The notes beneath the pieces are model-generated. The model had not been told where the DNA came from. It worked only from the letters and a program-made list of their open reading frames with translations, and did no database searches. The translations under genes and the position numbers were made by a program. From an uncultured Bacilli bacterium (GTDB lineage: Bacteria > Bacillota_I > Bacilli_A > RF39 > UBA660), in contig CANQYN010000001.1 of NCBI GenBank assembly GCA_947628105.1, positions 1-36,536 of the forward strand: 36,536 nt of DNA, in the 5' to 3' direction. Below, piece after piece: positions 34,894 to 36,536 of the stretch; the stretch's first letter is position 1, and every line of letters starts with the position of its first letter.

Positions 34894-35871
34894 CTACCCA
34901 TTATTCCCCATAAAAATTCTATCCCCTGCTTTAACTGTATAAGAAGTTGTAGATAAAAAGGGTGACTCTCCTGATTCTGAAAGTAAAAGGACTTGACCAA
35001 CATAAATATCATCATTTGTTAAATTGTTCAATATTTTTAAATCCGATACACTCATATTAAACTGCTTGGCAATCTTATATAAACTATCCCCCGCTTTGAC
35101 TGTATAAGTAGTTTCAGTAACAATATTTTCTTCTTTCATAGGTATTTGTAATACTTGACCAATCGATAAATTATCAGACGATAAATTATTCAATTTTTTT
35201 ATTTCATCAACCTTCGTATTAAATTGCTTTGCTAGTTTCCACAACGTATCTCCATTTTGTACTACATATGTATTCCCCGTTGAAGGAACAGTTGGAAGAG
35301 AATATCCATTTTCTTGTAAAATAGCTCTTATTACTGCATCTACATATTTTTTATAATTTTTCTGAATACGGTCAAGATCTGAAGCATTATCAATAAATCC
35401 ATACTCTACAATAACAGGTTGTGTTTTTCCGGTATTTCTTAAAATATAATAATAATCTAAATTAGGATTAGAAGTGGATCTTCTTTGATAATATGATCGA
35501 GTTATTTGTCCTTCTTTTCCAATTTCAGATAAAATACTACGAGCAAGATTATCATTATTACGAAGAGCATATATCACCTCTGCTCCTTGTGCACCTTTAA
35601 TAGCAGAACCGGCCGCATTAATATGATTAGAAACTACAATCACATTCGGAGAATCCCCAAACGCATTTAATACTCGTTTTACTCGTTCTGTTGGATTTAC
35701 TGTTTCATCAGTAGAACGTACTAATTTTACTGGAATTCCTAATTCCTTAAAACGATCATACATATATTTTGAAATTTGTAAAGTTAAATCTTTTTCTTTT
35801 ACTCCATTCCCTACTGCACCAGAATCCGCTCCCCCATGTCCAGCATCTACAACCACCTCTAAATTATTCAT
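34894..35871 (-). CDS. N-acetylmuramoyl-L-alanine amidase (Amidase_3) with LysM modules, 3'-truncated by the insertion
   Basis: Amidase_3 motifs [36 protein letters not shown]. Two complete LysM modules ([17 protein letters not shown]...IGQVLQIP; [17 protein letters not shown]...VGQVLLL) and a third cut after KAGD. ATG 35871 follows AGAGGTGA. Confidence 0.88.
   Translation of the reverse strand: MNNLEVVVDAGHGGADSGAVGNGVKEKDLTLQISKYMYDRFKELGIPVKLVRSTDETVNPTERVKRVLNAFGDSPNVIVVSNHINAAGSAIKGAQGAEVIYALRNNDNLARSILSEIGKEGQITRSYYQRRSTSNPNLDYYYILRNTGKTQPVIVEYGFIDNASDLDRIQKNYKKYVDAVIRAILQENGYSLPTVPSTGNTYVVQNGDTLWKLAKQFNTKVDEIKKLNNLSSDNLSIGQVLQIPMKEENIVTETTYTVKAGDSLYKIAKQFNMSVSDLKILNNLTNDDIYVGQVLLLSESGESPFLSTTSYTVKAGDRIFMGNNG
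34920..34928. repeat. Right junction core of the integrated element (att core copy 2)
   Basis: TATCCCCTG is identical to 30305-30313. It lies at the point where the third LysM module of the amidase stops making sense (…SYTVKAGD|RIFMGNNG*). Confidence 0.75.
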
Positions 35872-35974
35872 CTTTTTCACCTCTAATATAACGTATGACA
35901 TGATAATCTTTTGGTGATATAAGAAAATTATTATTTACTAAATAAAACTTCAAATATTGCATTATTTTTTTCAA

Positions 35975-35999
35975 TGAAAAAACCAATCATCCGATTGGT
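35975..35999 (-). terminator. Rho-independent terminator after the 118-aa membrane protein gene
   Basis: Minus strand: ACCAATC pairs with GATTGGT (35999-35993 and 35988-35982), loop 4 nt, followed by TTTTTT. Confidence 0.6.
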
Positions 36000-36022
36000 C
36001 TTTTATTATTCATTTCACCTTG

Positions 36023-36379
36023 TTAAAATAAACCAAATAATTCAGCTATAAAATTAATAATGAATGTCAAAACAACCATAGTTGTTAGAATTGAAAAAAT
36101 ACTAAATGATACTTTTAAGAAAACTTCTTTTTTGGATTTAATACCAATAATGATATAAAAAATAGCCAATATATATACTAAAATATTGTCAATCCAAAGC
36201 AAAGGACCATTGATATATTTTAATAAAAAATCATTAATTTTCGTCGTATCATAGGAATAATTATAAATTAAGTAAGTAAAATTCAAAACAACAATAATAA
36301 AACTGATAAAAGTAAATATAATTAATCCATTTTTTACTATTTTTTCAATATCAAATTTTTTCTTTTTTTCCTCTTCCAT
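36023..36379 (-). CDS. Hypothetical small integral membrane protein (118 aa, about 3 TM helices)
   Basis: Charged N-terminus (MEEEKKKKFD) followed by three hydrophobic helices. Own terminator. No motif recognised. Confidence 0.5.
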   Translation of the reverse strand: MEEEKKKKFDIEKIVKNGLIIFTFISFIIVVLNFTYLIYNYSYDTTKINDFLLKYINGPLLWIDNILVYILAIFYIIIGIKSKKEVFLKVSFSIFSILTTMVVLTFIINFIAELFGLF

Positions 36380-36536
36380 AATTCCTTACCTTTCTATAAT
36401 TATAGTGTATCATAACTACATAACAAAGTAAATAATAGATATAGTAAAAGACATATAACTTGTAGTGTTACAATTGATGTGAAACATTTCTATATAAAAA
36501 AGTAATTCAAGTCGTATAATTGAGTTAACCAAAACA

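Larger units (their letters stand above)
30314..34928 (-). mobile_element. 4,615-bp integrative element with a large serine recombinase, inserted in the amidase LysM-coding region
   Basis: Bounded by the 9-bp direct repeat. Carries a serine recombinase and 4-5 co-oriented cargo ORFs. In-silico deletion restores one in-frame gene. Joining the element ends gives an imperfect inverted repeat around the core. Confidence 0.82.

Noticed and set aside
30314-34928. The inserted segment as a prophage or ICE
   Set aside because: It is only 4.6 kb. No capsid, tail, terminase, replication or conjugation genes are recognisable. It is better described as a minimal integrative or intervening element.

Overview
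Very AT-rich, gene-dense chromosomal window. By eye it comes from a low-GC, endospore-forming Bacillota; G+C was not computed and no database search was possible. All calls rest on motif recognition in the supplied translations and on reading the DNA directly.

Most of the window is housekeeping:
- Nucleic acid and tRNA functions: miaB, a YigZ/IMPACT protein, uvrC, a XerD-like recombinase, mnmA, rpsT, holA.
- Metabolism and metals: a phosphohexomutase, a Dps-like protein, zupT, a GT4 glycosyltransferase, a DagK-type lipid kinase.
- An OmpR/histidine-kinase pair preceded by an ApbE-like gene.
- Sporulation markers: gpr, a spoIIM-like gene, ylbJ, ylbL and a YlmC/YmxH protein.

Two regions look accessory.
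1. Positions 30.0-35.9 kb. A minus-strand Amidase_3 + LysM cell-wall hydrolase gene is split in-frame by a 4,615-bp element.
   - The element is bounded by a 9-bp direct repeat, TATCCCCTG.
   - It carries a large serine recombinase with a translationally coupled 54-codon upstream ORF.
   - It also carries a protein-kinase-fold protein with a non-canonical catalytic loop, and a 98-aa/217-aa gene pair of unknown function.
   - Deleting the element in silico restores a 406-aa amidase with four regular LysM modules.
   - The rebuilt attP has a 12/14 inverted repeat.
   - In a spore-former this resembles skin/SPbeta-type intervening elements, but its cargo is uncharacterised.
2. Positions 16.8-20.5 kb. 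Two prepilin-type proteins, one unusually large, lie divergent from a ComGA/PilB-like ATPase with a Ser/Thr/Pro/Asn-rich tandem-repeat tail. No platform protein or prepilin peptidase is in view.

No rRNA, tRNA or CRISPR array was recognised.
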